From Syntrophales bacterium (lineage in GTDB: Bacteria > Desulfobacterota > Syntrophia > Syntrophales > UBA2210), in assembly GCA_963662405.2 (NCBI GenBank), contig CAXXKT010000001.1, positions 1,920,001 to 1,984,000 on the forward strand: a DNA stretch of 64,000 nt, in the 5' to 3' direction. Below the pieces are notes generated by a model. The model was not told the DNA's origin and made no database searches. It saw only the letters and a list, made by a program, of their open reading frames with translations. Shown here piece by piece: positions 19,150 to 29,448 of this stretch (the stretch's first letter is position 1; each line of letters begins with the position of its first letter). The position numbers and the translations under genes were made by a program.

Positions 19150-21747
19150 GTGTCGGTTATGAAGAAATGTGGCCCTCCTATCGTACGACTTCTCTGTTTC
19201 AGTTTTGCGATTTTTCTGCTCTTCCTAACAGCTTTCATTCTTCAGTCCGTGATTGCCCTCCGGGCTGAAGCCTCCCCAAACGCAAGTAAACCTCCCATCC
19301 TCTCCGCCTCTGAGCTTGATTACCCTCCCTTCTGCATCGTTGACGCTGAAGGCGAGCCAGACGGCTTTTCGGTGGAACTGCTGCGTGCAGCCCTGAAGGC
19401 CATGGGACGCGAGGTCACGTTCCGTACCGGGTCCCATGCCAAGGTGAGGGGCTGGCTGGAGGAAGGCAATGTTCGGGTTCTCCCCTTGGTGGCTCACACG
19501 CCGGAGCGTGAACACCTCTTTGACTTTACCTTCCCCTACATGTCTCTCCACGGCGCCATCGTGGTCAGGAAAGATGAAGAAACGATCCGAAATCTGGAGG
19601 ATCTGAGAGGGCGGCGAGTGGCCGTCATGAAAGGACATAGTGCCGAGGAGTTCCTGTGCCGTGGAGACCGGGGGATCGAGATTCTTACGGCTAACACTTT
19701 CCAAGATGCCCTCCATATCCTAACCGAAGGGCGCTGTGACGCCATCGTCATGCAGCGGCTTGTAGCGCTCCGTCTCATCCAGGAACACAGTTTAACAAAC
19801 CTCCGTGTTATCGAAAAACCCATCGAAAAATTCCGGCAGGATTTCTGCTTCGTCGTCAAGGATGGTGATCATGACGCACTGGCTCTCCTGAATGAAGGAC
19901 TCGCACTCGTCATGGCGGACGGAACTTACCGCCACCTGCATGCCAAGTGGTTCGCTGACCTCCAGCTTCCGTCCGACCGGTCCATTATTATCGGCGGAGA
20001 CTACAATTACCCTCCCTTTGAATACTTGGATGACAAAGGCCGCCCAAGGGGATTCACCGTCGAACTGACACGTGCCATCGCCCGCGCAATGGATATGGAT
20101 ATCCGGATTCACCTTGGCCCCTGGTCGGATATCGTCAGGAGCTTGGAGCAAGGCGATATTGACGTCATTCAAGGTATGTTCTACTCCCCGGATCGCGATC
20201 TTAAATTCGATTTCACCCAATCCTACTTAGCAAATCAGTACGTTGGCATTGTGCGCAAGGGCGAAGGTGATCCCCCTAACGGGACTGCTGACCTAATCGG
20301 TAAGCGCATCGTGGTGGAACGTAGTGACGTCATATACAACTTCCTGCTCGAACAAGGCTTGTCAAATCAGGTTACACTGGTTGAGACGCAGGAAGATGTT
20401 CTACGGGAACTGGCGGAGGGAAAACATGACTGCGCACTTGCCGTCAGGATCAGCTCCTTGTACCTGATTAAGAAGCACGGTTGGACTAACCTAGTTCTAG
20501 GTCGAAGTCCATTTGTTACGATGGAATACTGCTATGCTGTGCCGAACAATCGAAAGGCACTCCTGGCCCAGTTCAGCGAGGGGTTGAAGACTGTTGAACA
20601 AAGCGGTGAATACCACAGAATCCATGAAAAATGGATGGGGATTTACACGGAAAGACCGATAATCGAATTTCTGCGTTATACTGCAATGGTGGCCATTCCC
20701 CTCCTTCTCATTCTCTTGGCGATTTTTCTGTGGTCGTGGTCTCTGCGTAGAAAAGTGAGAATGAGAACAAAAGAACTGAGGGAGAGCGAGGAACGGTACC
20801 GTGCGTTTTTCGAAAACAGTATGGATGCCATTATGCTGACTGCACCTGATGGAAGAATCCTCGCCGCGAATCCGTCCGCCTGCGAGATGTTTGGCCGTAC
20901 TGAAGATGAAATCCTCGAACTGGGGAGGAAAGGGATAGTTGCTGCAACCGACCCGCAACTTACCACATTCTTGGCCCAGCGAAAAGCACAGGGGCGGGCG
21001 AGGGGAGAATTGACGCTGGTTCGAAAGGGTGGCTCACATTTTCCCGCCGAAGTAACCTCTGCCTTCTTCCGGGACAGCTCTGGAGCGACAAAGACCAGCA
21101 TGATTGTCCGAGACATGACCGACCGCAAAAAAGCAGAAGATGACCTTTTGAAAACTCTCGAACGACTCAGAAAGGCATTTGCCGCCACCATTCAGGTCCT
21201 GGTCTCAGCAGTTGAGATCAGAGATCCTTACACCGCCGGTCACCAGGTGCGGGTGGCACACCTTGCCCGTGCCATCGCCGAGGAGATGGGATTTGACGAG
21301 GAACGAATGGAAAACATACGCGTTGCCGGTCTCATTCATGACATTGGGAAGCTGTCAATCCCGGCGGAGATCCTTTCCAAGCCGACACAATTAACGCCAA
21401 TCGAATTCAGTCTTGTCAAAGAACATCCACGGAGCGGCTACGAGATACTGAAGAGCGTTGAGACCGAATGGCCACTGGCTGAAATCGTCTGCCAGCACCA
21501 TGAGCGGATGGATGGTTCAGGCTATCCACGACACCTGAAGGGAGATGAAATCCTCCTCGAGGCTCGAATCCTTGCTGTTGCCGATGTAGTCGAGGCCATG
21601 GTCTCCCATCGCCCCTGGCGCCCGGCCTTGGATATTGCGACTGCTTTGAATGACATAGAAAATAACAAGGGGATCCTTTACGATAATACCATTGTCGATA
21701 CCTGCTTGCGCTTGTTCCGGGAGAAAGGATACAAGTTACCGGAGTAA
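19150..21747 (+). CDS. Two periplasmic SBP family 3 domains + TM + PAS + HD-GYP phosphodiesterase
   Basis: DYPPF and NYPPFEY...GFTVEL SBP motifs; PAS; RDPYTAGHQ, HDIGK, HHERMDGSGYP. Confidence 0.92.
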   Translation: MSVMKKCGPPIVRLLCFSFAIFLLFLTAFILQSVIALRAEASPNASKPPILSASELDYPPFCIVDAEGEPDGFSVELLRAALKAMGREVTFRTGSHAKVRGWLEEGNVRVLPLVAHTPEREHLFDFTFPYMSLHGAIVVRKDEETIRNLEDLRGRRVAVMKGHSAEEFLCRGDRGIEILTANTFQDALHILTEGRCDAIVMQRLVALRLIQEHSLTNLRVIEKPIEKFRQDFCFVVKDGDHDALALLNEGLALVMADGTYRHLHAKWFADLQLPSDRSIIIGGDYNYPPFEYLDDKGRPRGFTVELTRAIARAMDMDIRIHLGPWSDIVRSLEQGDIDVIQGMFYSPDRDLKFDFTQSYLANQYVGIVRKGEGDPPNGTADLIGKRIVVERSDVIYNFLLEQGLSNQVTLVETQEDVLRELAEGKHDCALAVRISSLYLIKKHGWTNLVLGRSPFVTMEYCYAVPNNRKALLAQFSEGLKTVEQSGEYHRIHEKWMGIYTERPIIEFLRYTAMVAIPLLLILLAIFLWSWSLRRKVRMRTKELRESEERYRAFFENSMDAIMLTAPDGRILAANPSACEMFGRTEDEILELGRKGIVAATDPQLTTFLAQRKAQGRARGELTLVRKGGSHFPAEVTSAFFRDSSGATKTSMIVRDMTDRKKAEDDLLKTLERLRKAFAATIQVLVSAVEIRDPYTAGHQVRVAHLARAIAEEMGFDEERMENIRVAGLIHDIGKLSIPAEILSKPTQLTPIEFSLVKEHPRSGYEILKSVETEWPLAEIVCQHHERMDGSGYPRHLKGDEILLEARILAVADVVEAMVSHRPWRPALDIATALNDIENNKGILYDNTIVDTCLRLFREKGYKLPE

Positions 21748-21807
21748 AAACCCAGCCAAGGTCCACAGCAGACATCCGATATAAGATTATTATATTTTAT
21801 TTGTAGG

Positions 21808-22094
21808 AGGAAGAATCGCGCAGCGAAAAGTATTTCTCGGATACTCCTGCTGCGATCCTCCCACTGTTCACTTATCCTCACAATCGAGTGCGCCGAGAGA
21901 TTACCGATTATTTATTGAAGTCGACATTCTGGGGGAAAGTCTCTGTGTAGCAGATTTCTTTCGGTAATGCGCAGGAATGATCAAAGAAAAAAGGAAACGT
22001 GCTGTTTATTGGTGTCACCTACAACTCCTCAAAATCTTTTCAGGAGAAAATCGATGATTACCGTTTGAAAGTCTCCCCTAATATCTCTTGACAA
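21808..22094 (+). repeat. Intergenic repeat family B, copy 1
   Basis: Closely similar to 27170-27460, including a long identical core tattgaagtcgac...gtcacctac. Confidence 0.9.
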
Positions 22095-22188
22095 GGTGCC
22101 ATAATGGGGTTACTAGTCAAGCCATTCTATTGATTAGCTTTTTGTTAAGAATCACACAGGTACTCTTTTGTTACCGTTGGTGAGTATA

Positions 22189-23115
22189 GTGAAAAAAACG
22201 GTCATTCTTTTCGGTGCTGGTGCAAGTTACGGTGCAGGAGACATTCTTCCAGAGAAACCACCCCTAGGGTCGGATTTGTTCGATCGGCTGACAGCCTGTG
22301 CACCAAGAACTTGGGGTGCCCTACCATCTCCTTACCGTGATGAGTTCGTCACGAAAGGGTTTGAAGAAGGAATGGAACTTGTCTATGAGCAGCTATCGCA
22401 TCTGATTGCGCCACTGATGAGGGATATGGCTGTATATCTAATACAATACCGTCCTTTTTCATTTGAGTCAGCTTACGACCACCTACTCGAGCAATTATCG
22501 TCTCTTAGTCTTATTAACTCGGTTCTGTTCTCCACTCTCAACTACGATTGCATTCTGGAGTTTTGCCTTATTCATCGTGGTCATAAACCGTCCTATTGGG
22601 ATGAGGGTACAAACCATAACACGATTCCAGTATGGAAACTGCACGGATCGTCAAATTGGTTCACTTCTTCTGTGAAGGCGGGGTCGGGAGTATCATTTGG
22701 CAGAGGGGTTACATTTTCTGGCGGACTAGAGGCCTTCTTGGATATCGGAACAGTTGTTGAACACTGTTTGGTCAATCAAGGATTATATCCTGCAATGAGT
22801 CTTTATATGAAAGACAAACCTGTGCAGATTGCTCCCGAGCAAATCTTGCGCCTTCAATCAATGTGGAAAGACGCGGTTCTGAACGCACAGAACGTCATAT
22901 GTATCGGCGTAAACCCATTACCGGCGGACAGACATATATGGGAACCAATATCTGAAACCGATGCTCGTTTGTTTTTTGTTGGCGACAAGAACGCTTACGA
23001 CAAATGGATATCTAAGTATCGGTCAAAACCATCCATATATATTGATTGTTTTTTCGATTCAAGTGTCAAAAAACTGGTGAAGGGAGTGGCAGATGAACTT
23101 AACGGAAGCGGATAA
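22189..23115 (+). CDS. SIR2-like domain protein (defence-type)
   Basis: VILFGAGAS, STLNYD, KLHGSSNW, CIG motifs. Confidence 0.82.
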   Translation: MKKTVILFGAGASYGAGDILPEKPPLGSDLFDRLTACAPRTWGALPSPYRDEFVTKGFEEGMELVYEQLSHLIAPLMRDMAVYLIQYRPFSFESAYDHLLEQLSSLSLINSVLFSTLNYDCILEFCLIHRGHKPSYWDEGTNHNTIPVWKLHGSSNWFTSSVKAGSGVSFGRGVTFSGGLEAFLDIGTVVEHCLVNQGLYPAMSLYMKDKPVQIAPEQILRLQSMWKDAVLNAQNVICIGVNPLPADRHIWEPISETDARLFFVGDKNAYDKWISKYRSKPSIYIDCFFDSSVKKLVKGVADELNGSG

Positions 23116-23386
23116 AAAGAAGATCCTAGAATGGCTCGAAGATAAATGCGGGGCCATGAGGTGTCTAGCCTGCGGGCAGAATCAGTGGGAGTTGTTACCT
23201 TTCTCAACTTTGCAGATTGGCTTTGACCTCCACACGACACGTTTTCACTATCACAACGGCATACCATTCATAGGTATCACATGTGTTCATTGCGGTTATG
23301 TAATGCAATTCAGTTCTGGGGTTATTGGCTTTAAGCCTGAACCACCCCAAAAACCAGAGATAAAAGAATCTGAAAAGGGTTCGTAA
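23093..23386 (+). CDS. Small zinc-ribbon protein
   Basis: CLACG...CVHCGY; GGGAG RBS; overlaps the end of the SIR2 gene. Confidence 0.75.
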   Translation: MNLTEADKKKILEWLEDKCGAMRCLACGQNQWELLPFSTLQIGFDLHTTRFHYHNGIPFIGITCVHCGYVMQFSSGVIGFKPEPPQKPEIKESEKGS

Positions 23387-23485
23387 ATCATTAACACTTA
23401 AAGCATTTTTTCGGGGTCTTGTATTGCAATTTTGCAGAGTTTCTTTTTTATAAAAAAAGTACGTATACATTAGTTACGGGGCAAT

Positions 23486-24367
23486 ATGGAAATACCAATA
23501 TTATTACAATTAATCTTTGCTGCTTTGTTAGGAACAGCGGGGTCTGTGATAGCTCAAAAATATATTGAAACCCATGCACCCCTAATAATTACTTTATGTA
23601 TAATTGGGATGGTTATCATAGGGGGTCATGGTATTTATCGTATTTACTCGAAAGATATTTTTAAAGTAACTTCCATTATCCAAGTGAGGCTCAAATGGCC
23701 TGGGCCTTTGGTGTTCTGTTACCCATCTGCATCAGGGAAGAATCTTTCTCCCATTAGCGTAGCCCTCTTCGTAGAAGTAGTTAATAACAAGGATGTTATC
23801 TCACGTATCTCCAGCTATGAGTGTAGAGCGTTGTTGGAATATGACGAAGGGGGAAATACTGTTGTTAACCATGCACCAAATGGAGGGATAAAACTTGAAT
23901 ACAAACCGGCAGGGAAAACTGTGACGAAGTGGAGGAATTTATATGGTATGGGATTTGTGGACAACCAAGTATATTATATAACTGATCATGACTGGAGAAA
24001 ATGCAAGCGCGTTGATTTTAGAAACAATGGTTTTGATAGGCTAGCCAAGGACACTCAATTAAATCCCGGCGAATCTTTAAAAGGGTGGATGTTTTTTGAA
24101 TTGGAACATGATTTAAGGGGTCAATTGCCTGAAATTAAAAAAGTGGAATTGACATTTACTAATTCAGTCGGAGAGTCACAGTCATTGAAAATTAAAATCA
24201 AACAAAACGTAAAGGATGACAACGACATGGTTAATTATATAAGTTCAGGTGAATGGATTCTTCTTGAAGGGTACCATGACCTTACAAAAGAAAAATATAC
24301 AATGACACCGATGGTTGACTTGCGTAGAATTTTAAAAACAGGAAAATCTATAATCGTAAACCCTTGA
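23486..24367 (+). CDS. Hypothetical protein with 2 N-terminal TM helices and a beta-rich domain
   Basis: AT-rich 293-aa ORF with two hydrophobic N-terminal segments. Confidence 0.75.
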   Translation: MEIPILLQLIFAALLGTAGSVIAQKYIETHAPLIITLCIIGMVIIGGHGIYRIYSKDIFKVTSIIQVRLKWPGPLVFCYPSASGKNLSPISVALFVEVVNNKDVISRISSYECRALLEYDEGGNTVVNHAPNGGIKLEYKPAGKTVTKWRNLYGMGFVDNQVYYITDHDWRKCKRVDFRNNGFDRLAKDTQLNPGESLKGWMFFELEHDLRGQLPEIKKVELTFTNSVGESQSLKIKIKQNVKDDNDMVNYISSGEWILLEGYHDLTKEKYTMTPMVDLRRILKTGKSIIVNP

Positions 24368-24440
24368 GCAGACATTAAAGCGGGATGTATAACAAATTCC
24401 CCTTACTATGGCATCAATCCGATAGGGGGGTACTGAATAT

Positions 24441-24714
24441 TGCTGATTACGAAATGAAATATACAACAACTCGATGCCGATTGGTTCCCTTGCTTTCAGG
24501 AAGGAGCAGATAATCTACATGAACCTAGAATGTGCAGCCCGAGTTGTGCATCTTTCAACCCGCATTCGATAAGGTTGGCTGACGAATTGTGGTGCTGACT
24601 TGTATTTGTAGTCAATAAATGTGGGAAATGGATTCGCGGCTTGGCTTTCAATCCGTACTGTTCAGGCAGGATAAAGGAAAATGCCAGAGTGTCGGTTATT
24701 GACGCCACCTACAA
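24441..24714 (+). repeat. Intergenic repeat family A, copy 1 (starts with att core tgctgattacgaa)
   Basis: 24493-24714 appears identical to 31988-32209; the preceding ~50 bp are diverged but alignable. Confidence 0.92.
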
Positions 24715-24755
24715 GTCCATACCTTTCGCTTTGGAATTGAAGTGAGAATTACCAC

Positions 24756-26987
24756 TTATAATCCAGTCTTTTCGAATGTAAACCCTTTTTCCCTGAACAG
24801 TTTTATGCAGGCATCCACCACATCTGCATCGTAAAGAATCCCCCGGTTGTCCTCGATCTCTTTCAGGCCCGCGTCGATACCCAGGGCGGCACGATAGGGA
24901 CGGTGGGAGGCCATGGCTTCGACTACGTCACAAACGGCCAGAATCCGGGCTTCCATGAGAATCTCATCACCTTTGAGATTTCTTGGATAGCCCGAGCCGT
25001 CCATCCGCTCATGGTGCTGGTAGACAATCTCCGCCAGCGGCCATGAGGATTCCACACCCTTCAGGATGTCGTAGCCTTTCTGGGCATGTTCCTTGATCAG
25101 GGAAAACTCGGTCTCCGTCAGCTTTCCTGGTTTGGACAATATCTCTGCGGGAACGGATAGTTTTCCGAGATCATGAATGGAACCGACTATATAGATACCT
25201 TCAATCATGTTTTGGGGAAGCTTCATCTCTGTGGCGATAGCACGGGCAAGGATCGCAACGCGGAGCTGGTGATTGGCAGTATAGGGGTCTCTGGCTTCAA
25301 CCGTGGATACTACGACCTGAATAGTAGCGTTGACGGCATGCCTGAGAAGCTCGAGGGTATTGACGAGGTCCTTCTCCGCCTGTTTGCGAACAGAGATGTC
25401 AAAAATGATGGAATGAAGGAGATCCTTGTTATTGACTTTGATTTTGCTGCTGAACACACCCACATCTCGAACTGAGCCGTCGGCCCGCCTGTGGCGAAAC
25501 TCGAAATGCACTTGTTTATTGCTTCTGGCCTCCTCCATCTCCTTTTTGATCTCTTCAGGCGAAAGGGTGTTGATCTCTTGAATCTTCATCTGCGTGAGTT
25601 GTGCACGCGACCATCCATAAAATTTCACCGCTGCCCTGTTGACATCAAGGATATCCCCAGTATCCGGATCTAAGATCATCTTAACTGCTGCATGGTCTTC
25701 AAATACTTTTCTGAAAAGCAATTCGCTTTCCCTTAAAGCCTCCTCCGCCCGCTTGCGCTCGGTGATATCCACGATACTGGTAATGAGGTAAAGGGGGATT
25801 CCTTGCGCATTACGCTGTAGCGTGGCGCTGACATCTGCCCAGACGGTATCGCCGTTTTTGTGGAGGTATCGCTTTTCAAATCGACAATCGGTCTGCTCAC
25901 CGGCTACGAGGGAACGGATATATTCCTGGCTTTCCGCTACGTCGTCCGGATGGGTGATGTGCTCGAAATTGAATTGTTGGAGTTTCTCGATACTATAACC
26001 CAGCATGTCGGCAAAGGCCCTGTTCACCTGCAGGAGACTTCCATCCGGCTTCGTCAGAGACTTGCCGATAGTGGTGCGTTCGAAAATGACACGAAACCGT
26101 TCTTCGCTTTCCTGAAATTCAATCTCTGCCTGCTTGCGGTCGGTAATATCGCGAAAAATACCCAGGAGAAAATCTTTATCGGATAATCGGACTTTTGCCG
26201 CCCGGATTTCAACCGGAACCACTGTGCCTCTTTTCGAAAGGAGTTGCTCTTCTAGCGTAATACCGGGATCTCCCTCCATGTGTTGTTTAAAGGTTCGAGA
26301 AATTTTTCCAATGATTGTTTCGGGAGGATGGAGAATTGCCTGATCCTTTCCGATAAGTTCTTGCTTGGTCCGCTCTACCATTCGGCATAAGCTCTGGTTG
26401 CAGTCTACCAGTCTGCAGGTTTCAATGTCAGCCAACGCCATACCGTCTTGAGCGTTATCAAACAGGGTTCGGTAACGCATTTCGGACTCATGCAGTACAT
26501 CCTCCTCATGTTTCCGTTCGGTAATATCACGAAGATTCATTACGAACCCTGCCACTAGCGGATCATCCAAAAGATTACTGCCGACACCTTCCAGGATGCG
26601 CACGGTGCCGTTTTGGTGCTTCACATGGAAACTGTTAGGGATGAGGTTCTCTTTGACGAACAATGCCCTGCCGAAATCCGTAACGGCCCTTGGCTTATCG
26701 TCAGGCACAATCAGATCTAAAACCCGCGTTCCGATCAACTCGCCCGGCTCATAGCCGAGAAAATGCTCAACGGAGGGGCTCACATATGAGATGAATCCCC
26801 GCTTATCCAAGACAACGATGATACCGGATGAGTTCCGGATGATCGCCTGGTAATACTCCGCATTTTCCCGTACCGTTGTTGAGACCTTCTTGCGTTCTGG
26901 CTTAGATTGCTTCGGTTTCTTGATTTTCCGTTTCGAGGCGGATATTTTTTTGATCGGTTCTTGATTTATTCTGGTTGAATTTCGCAC
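24756..26987 (-). CDS. Multi-PAS (x4) HD-GYP phosphodiesterase
   Basis: Repeated DITERK PAC ends; RDPYTANHQ, HDLGK, HHERMDGSGYP. GTG start after GAGGGG is my reassignment. Confidence 0.9.
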   Translation of the reverse strand: MRNSTRINQEPIKKISASKRKIKKPKQSKPERKKVSTTVRENAEYYQAIIRNSSGIIVVLDKRGFISYVSPSVEHFLGYEPGELIGTRVLDLIVPDDKPRAVTDFGRALFVKENLIPNSFHVKHQNGTVRILEGVGSNLLDDPLVAGFVMNLRDITERKHEEDVLHESEMRYRTLFDNAQDGMALADIETCRLVDCNQSLCRMVERTKQELIGKDQAILHPPETIIGKISRTFKQHMEGDPGITLEEQLLSKRGTVVPVEIRAAKVRLSDKDFLLGIFRDITDRKQAEIEFQESEERFRVIFERTTIGKSLTKPDGSLLQVNRAFADMLGYSIEKLQQFNFEHITHPDDVAESQEYIRSLVAGEQTDCRFEKRYLHKNGDTVWADVSATLQRNAQGIPLYLITSIVDITERKRAEEALRESELLFRKVFEDHAAVKMILDPDTGDILDVNRAAVKFYGWSRAQLTQMKIQEINTLSPEEIKKEMEEARSNKQVHFEFRHRRADGSVRDVGVFSSKIKVNNKDLLHSIIFDISVRKQAEKDLVNTLELLRHAVNATIQVVVSTVEARDPYTANHQLRVAILARAIATEMKLPQNMIEGIYIVGSIHDLGKLSVPAEILSKPGKLTETEFSLIKEHAQKGYDILKGVESSWPLAEIVYQHHERMDGSGYPRNLKGDEILMEARILAVCDVVEAMASHRPYRAALGIDAGLKEIEDNRGILYDADVVDACIKLFREKGFTFEKTGL

Positions 26988-27169
26988 ATTACCCCTCGCG
27001 TTGTAGCAAAAGGGATGATCCGAAAACAAAAATAGGCAAGCTGATATGAAAAACATTTGTGAAATCTACATGATAACTGTTGAAATGTCAACATGGGATA
27101 TCGTCCATCAAACGCTGCTTACCGTTTAAAAGAATGTATTTTCATCAACGCTGACGTCTTACTGATTGC

Positions 27170-27603
27170 AGGAAGAATCGCGCAGCAAAAGTACTTCTCG
27201 AACACTCCTACGGCGATTCTCCCACTCTTCACCTACTTATCCTCACCATCGAGTGCGCCGAGAGGTTACCGATTATTTATTGAAGTCGACATTCTGGGGG
27301 AAAGTCTCTGTGTAGCAGATTTCTTTCGGTAATGCGCAGGAATGATCAAAGAAAAAAGGAAACGTGCTGTTTATTGGTGTCACCTACTACTGCTCAGAAT
27401 AATTTCAGGAGAAAATCGAGCATTATCATTTGAAAGTCTTAACACAAAATTCCTTGACAATACATTGTCTTAGAGTTAACCAAGTTAGCAGATTTGATCT
27501 TTATGTTTTTATCTGCTTGTGAACGCTTGTACCCAAGAGGGGGGATTATGGTTCGGACATCAAAGCTCTGTTTCTCAAAATGAGGAATAGGGCTTTTCTT
27601 TTT
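27170..27603 (+). repeat. Intergenic repeat family B, copy 2 (longest)
   Basis: Shares its 5' part with 21808-22094 and its 3' part with 18754-18967. Confidence 0.88.
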
Positions 27604-27732
27604 GTGAACTGTACGATCCAATTGGGGGTACTATACTGCATAATCTTAGATGTTTACGATATGATACGAGATACATATAAATATTGTTAGCGAGTTGTCG
27701 TGTCAGAGCAAACCGCATTGAGGTCTTAAAAA

Positions 27733-29409
27733 ATGGTGACAAGCCCGGAACCGGGAGGGGAAAAAACACGTCTCAGGATTGATCAAGCCAATGTGTTTTA
27801 TAACTACGCGATAGGATTCGAAGCTAATTCTGTTGACCTCGTTGGAACGGCAAGAAAGCTCCTGAAAAAAGGGATTGCGAAAGCTGTATTTTTCTCTGAC
27901 CGCAAAGTCCTATACACCGACGCGGACGGGAAAGTACAGATAGAGTTGATACAACCACAAGGTCGGCAATGGGACCACCGCTGGAAGGTCGAATTTGACT
28001 CAAAAATCCCCGCCGATGTCGATGCCGAACTTATCCTTGCATTCGAAGTGTCATTTGTTGAACACCGTATGGATGGCCCTAACGCTGGAAATATTCCGCC
28101 CTATCTCAGGGCCAGCCTTCCGCCGATTGTGTTGGAATCGGATGAGTTGCAGTTGCCTATTTTCGCGTCAATCAAACTGTTCGCTGACGGAATCGCCATC
28201 TTGAGTTTTCAGCTTGATGCTACTTGGGATGGTGTTGACGAGGAATACTTTGTATCGAACATTGTAAATATTTATCAGTGCTACTTCAACTCCATATGGG
28301 TCGATTCTCAAATTCAACGGCTTGATGCAGAAACGATACTGCCGGTAGCGTTCCAAGACGAGATATCCCTCGCTGGAAATCCGATTGGGGGCCGCAAAGT
28401 AAATAAATTATTGCGGAAGATGCGAATGGAAAGCCAAGCCTTAATAAACAAAGACCTCGGCGAGCAAGGGCGGCAGTTTGAAGTTGGCAATGAGCAATGG
28501 GTTCTACACCCGATTATTGGGACCAAGAACCAAGACTCGTGGGAATCAACACTAGATTTATGTCGACTTGAGTATTCTAATGCTTTGAGTGCGCTACTCG
28601 TGCATGGTCGAAAACAGCGGAAGATCCAGGCACAGTCCGCGTACTCGTGGCAAGGTCGACCTTCTGTTGCTCTTATGCGTTTCCGCAGGCAACCCACGAC
28701 TAAGGATGATCTCCTAAGCGGTTTCGCACCCTCATTGTCACGAATACTCATGCGGTCAGCAACCTTGGAAACGCCGCCAGATCTTCCTCCAGATCTACGA
28801 CTTTTTGGAGATTACTGCTTCCATGGAAATCGTTCTTTGCTCCTCTGGACATGGCTGCTTCCGCATGGGGCGCTAGTCAACGCTTGGGAGGAGTCGGAAT
28901 CGCGTTCCGCTCTTATGGAACACCAAGCGCGTTCCGAGCACATTGAATACCACAACATGCGGATCGTCCGCGCATGCGAAATGGCCCAATCTCCACTATC
29001 TGATAACCACCTGAGAGAAGCCTATGAAACCCTAGCCTCGCTCCACGATGTGATTCACCATAGCAGCCAGGCGGGGGAGATTACAAATGCGCTGACGTAT
29101 CTCTTAGAAGAGAGCGGTACGACGAAGCTGGTGGCTCCTGCGAAGGAAGCAGCACGCTGGCACCTTGACGAGTTGCGATACAGGTCTGATAAACGCCGAA
29201 CCCGCGTGGATTATTGGCTCTCCTTCGTTTTTGGGCTAGTCGGAACCACAGGGTTGGCAGATTTTGCCATTCGGCCCTTTCTGGTCAACGCTTGGCCTGG
29301 TCTCAGTCGTGAAGCGACCCCGCTTGTCGCGTTAGGAATCGCTGGCTTAATCGTCTCTTTGATAGCTCTCTCCATATGGTTCCTTAACAGGGGAGAATCG
29401 GACGACTAG
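27733..29409 (+). CDS. Hypothetical protein with C-terminal 2-TM hairpin (integron cassette 1)
   Basis: 558-aa ORF, GAGG RBS, two C-terminal hydrophobic helices; flanked by GTTAGCG (27686) and an attC. Confidence 0.8.
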   Translation: MVTSPEPGGEKTRLRIDQANVFYNYAIGFEANSVDLVGTARKLLKKGIAKAVFFSDRKVLYTDADGKVQIELIQPQGRQWDHRWKVEFDSKIPADVDAELILAFEVSFVEHRMDGPNAGNIPPYLRASLPPIVLESDELQLPIFASIKLFADGIAILSFQLDATWDGVDEEYFVSNIVNIYQCYFNSIWVDSQIQRLDAETILPVAFQDEISLAGNPIGGRKVNKLLRKMRMESQALINKDLGEQGRQFEVGNEQWVLHPIIGTKNQDSWESTLDLCRLEYSNALSALLVHGRKQRKIQAQSAYSWQGRPSVALMRFRRQPTTKDDLLSGFAPSLSRILMRSATLETPPDLPPDLRLFGDYCFHGNRSLLLWTWLLPHGALVNAWEESESRSALMEHQARSEHIEYHNMRIVRACEMAQSPLSDNHLREAYETLASLHDVIHHSSQAGEITNALTYLLEESGTTKLVAPAKEAARWHLDELRYRSDKRRTRVDYWLSFVFGLVGTTGLADFAIRPFLVNAWPGLSREATPLVALGIAGLIVSLIALSIWFLNRGESDD

Positions 29410-29448
29410 CCTGTGGCTGATCAGGAGCTCTGATTAAAGGCTACGATT

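Noticed and set aside
21801..22024. MITE with TTGTAGG/CCTACAA terminal inverted repeats
   Set aside because: The match is short, is not preserved at the left end of the other copies, and homology extends beyond the putative right end.
22144..24445. Possible attC sites around the SIR2 block and 2TM gene (GTTAAGA 22144 / CATTAAC 23389; GTATAAC 24388)
   Set aside because: Core complementarity is only partial and there is no convincing attC hairpin; left unresolved.
24496..24708. Identical 70-aa ORF in the repeat A copies (also 31991-32203 and 35691-35876)
   Set aside because: No RBS or recognisable motif; its identity is explained by the DNA repeat, and the frame is not kept in related family B.
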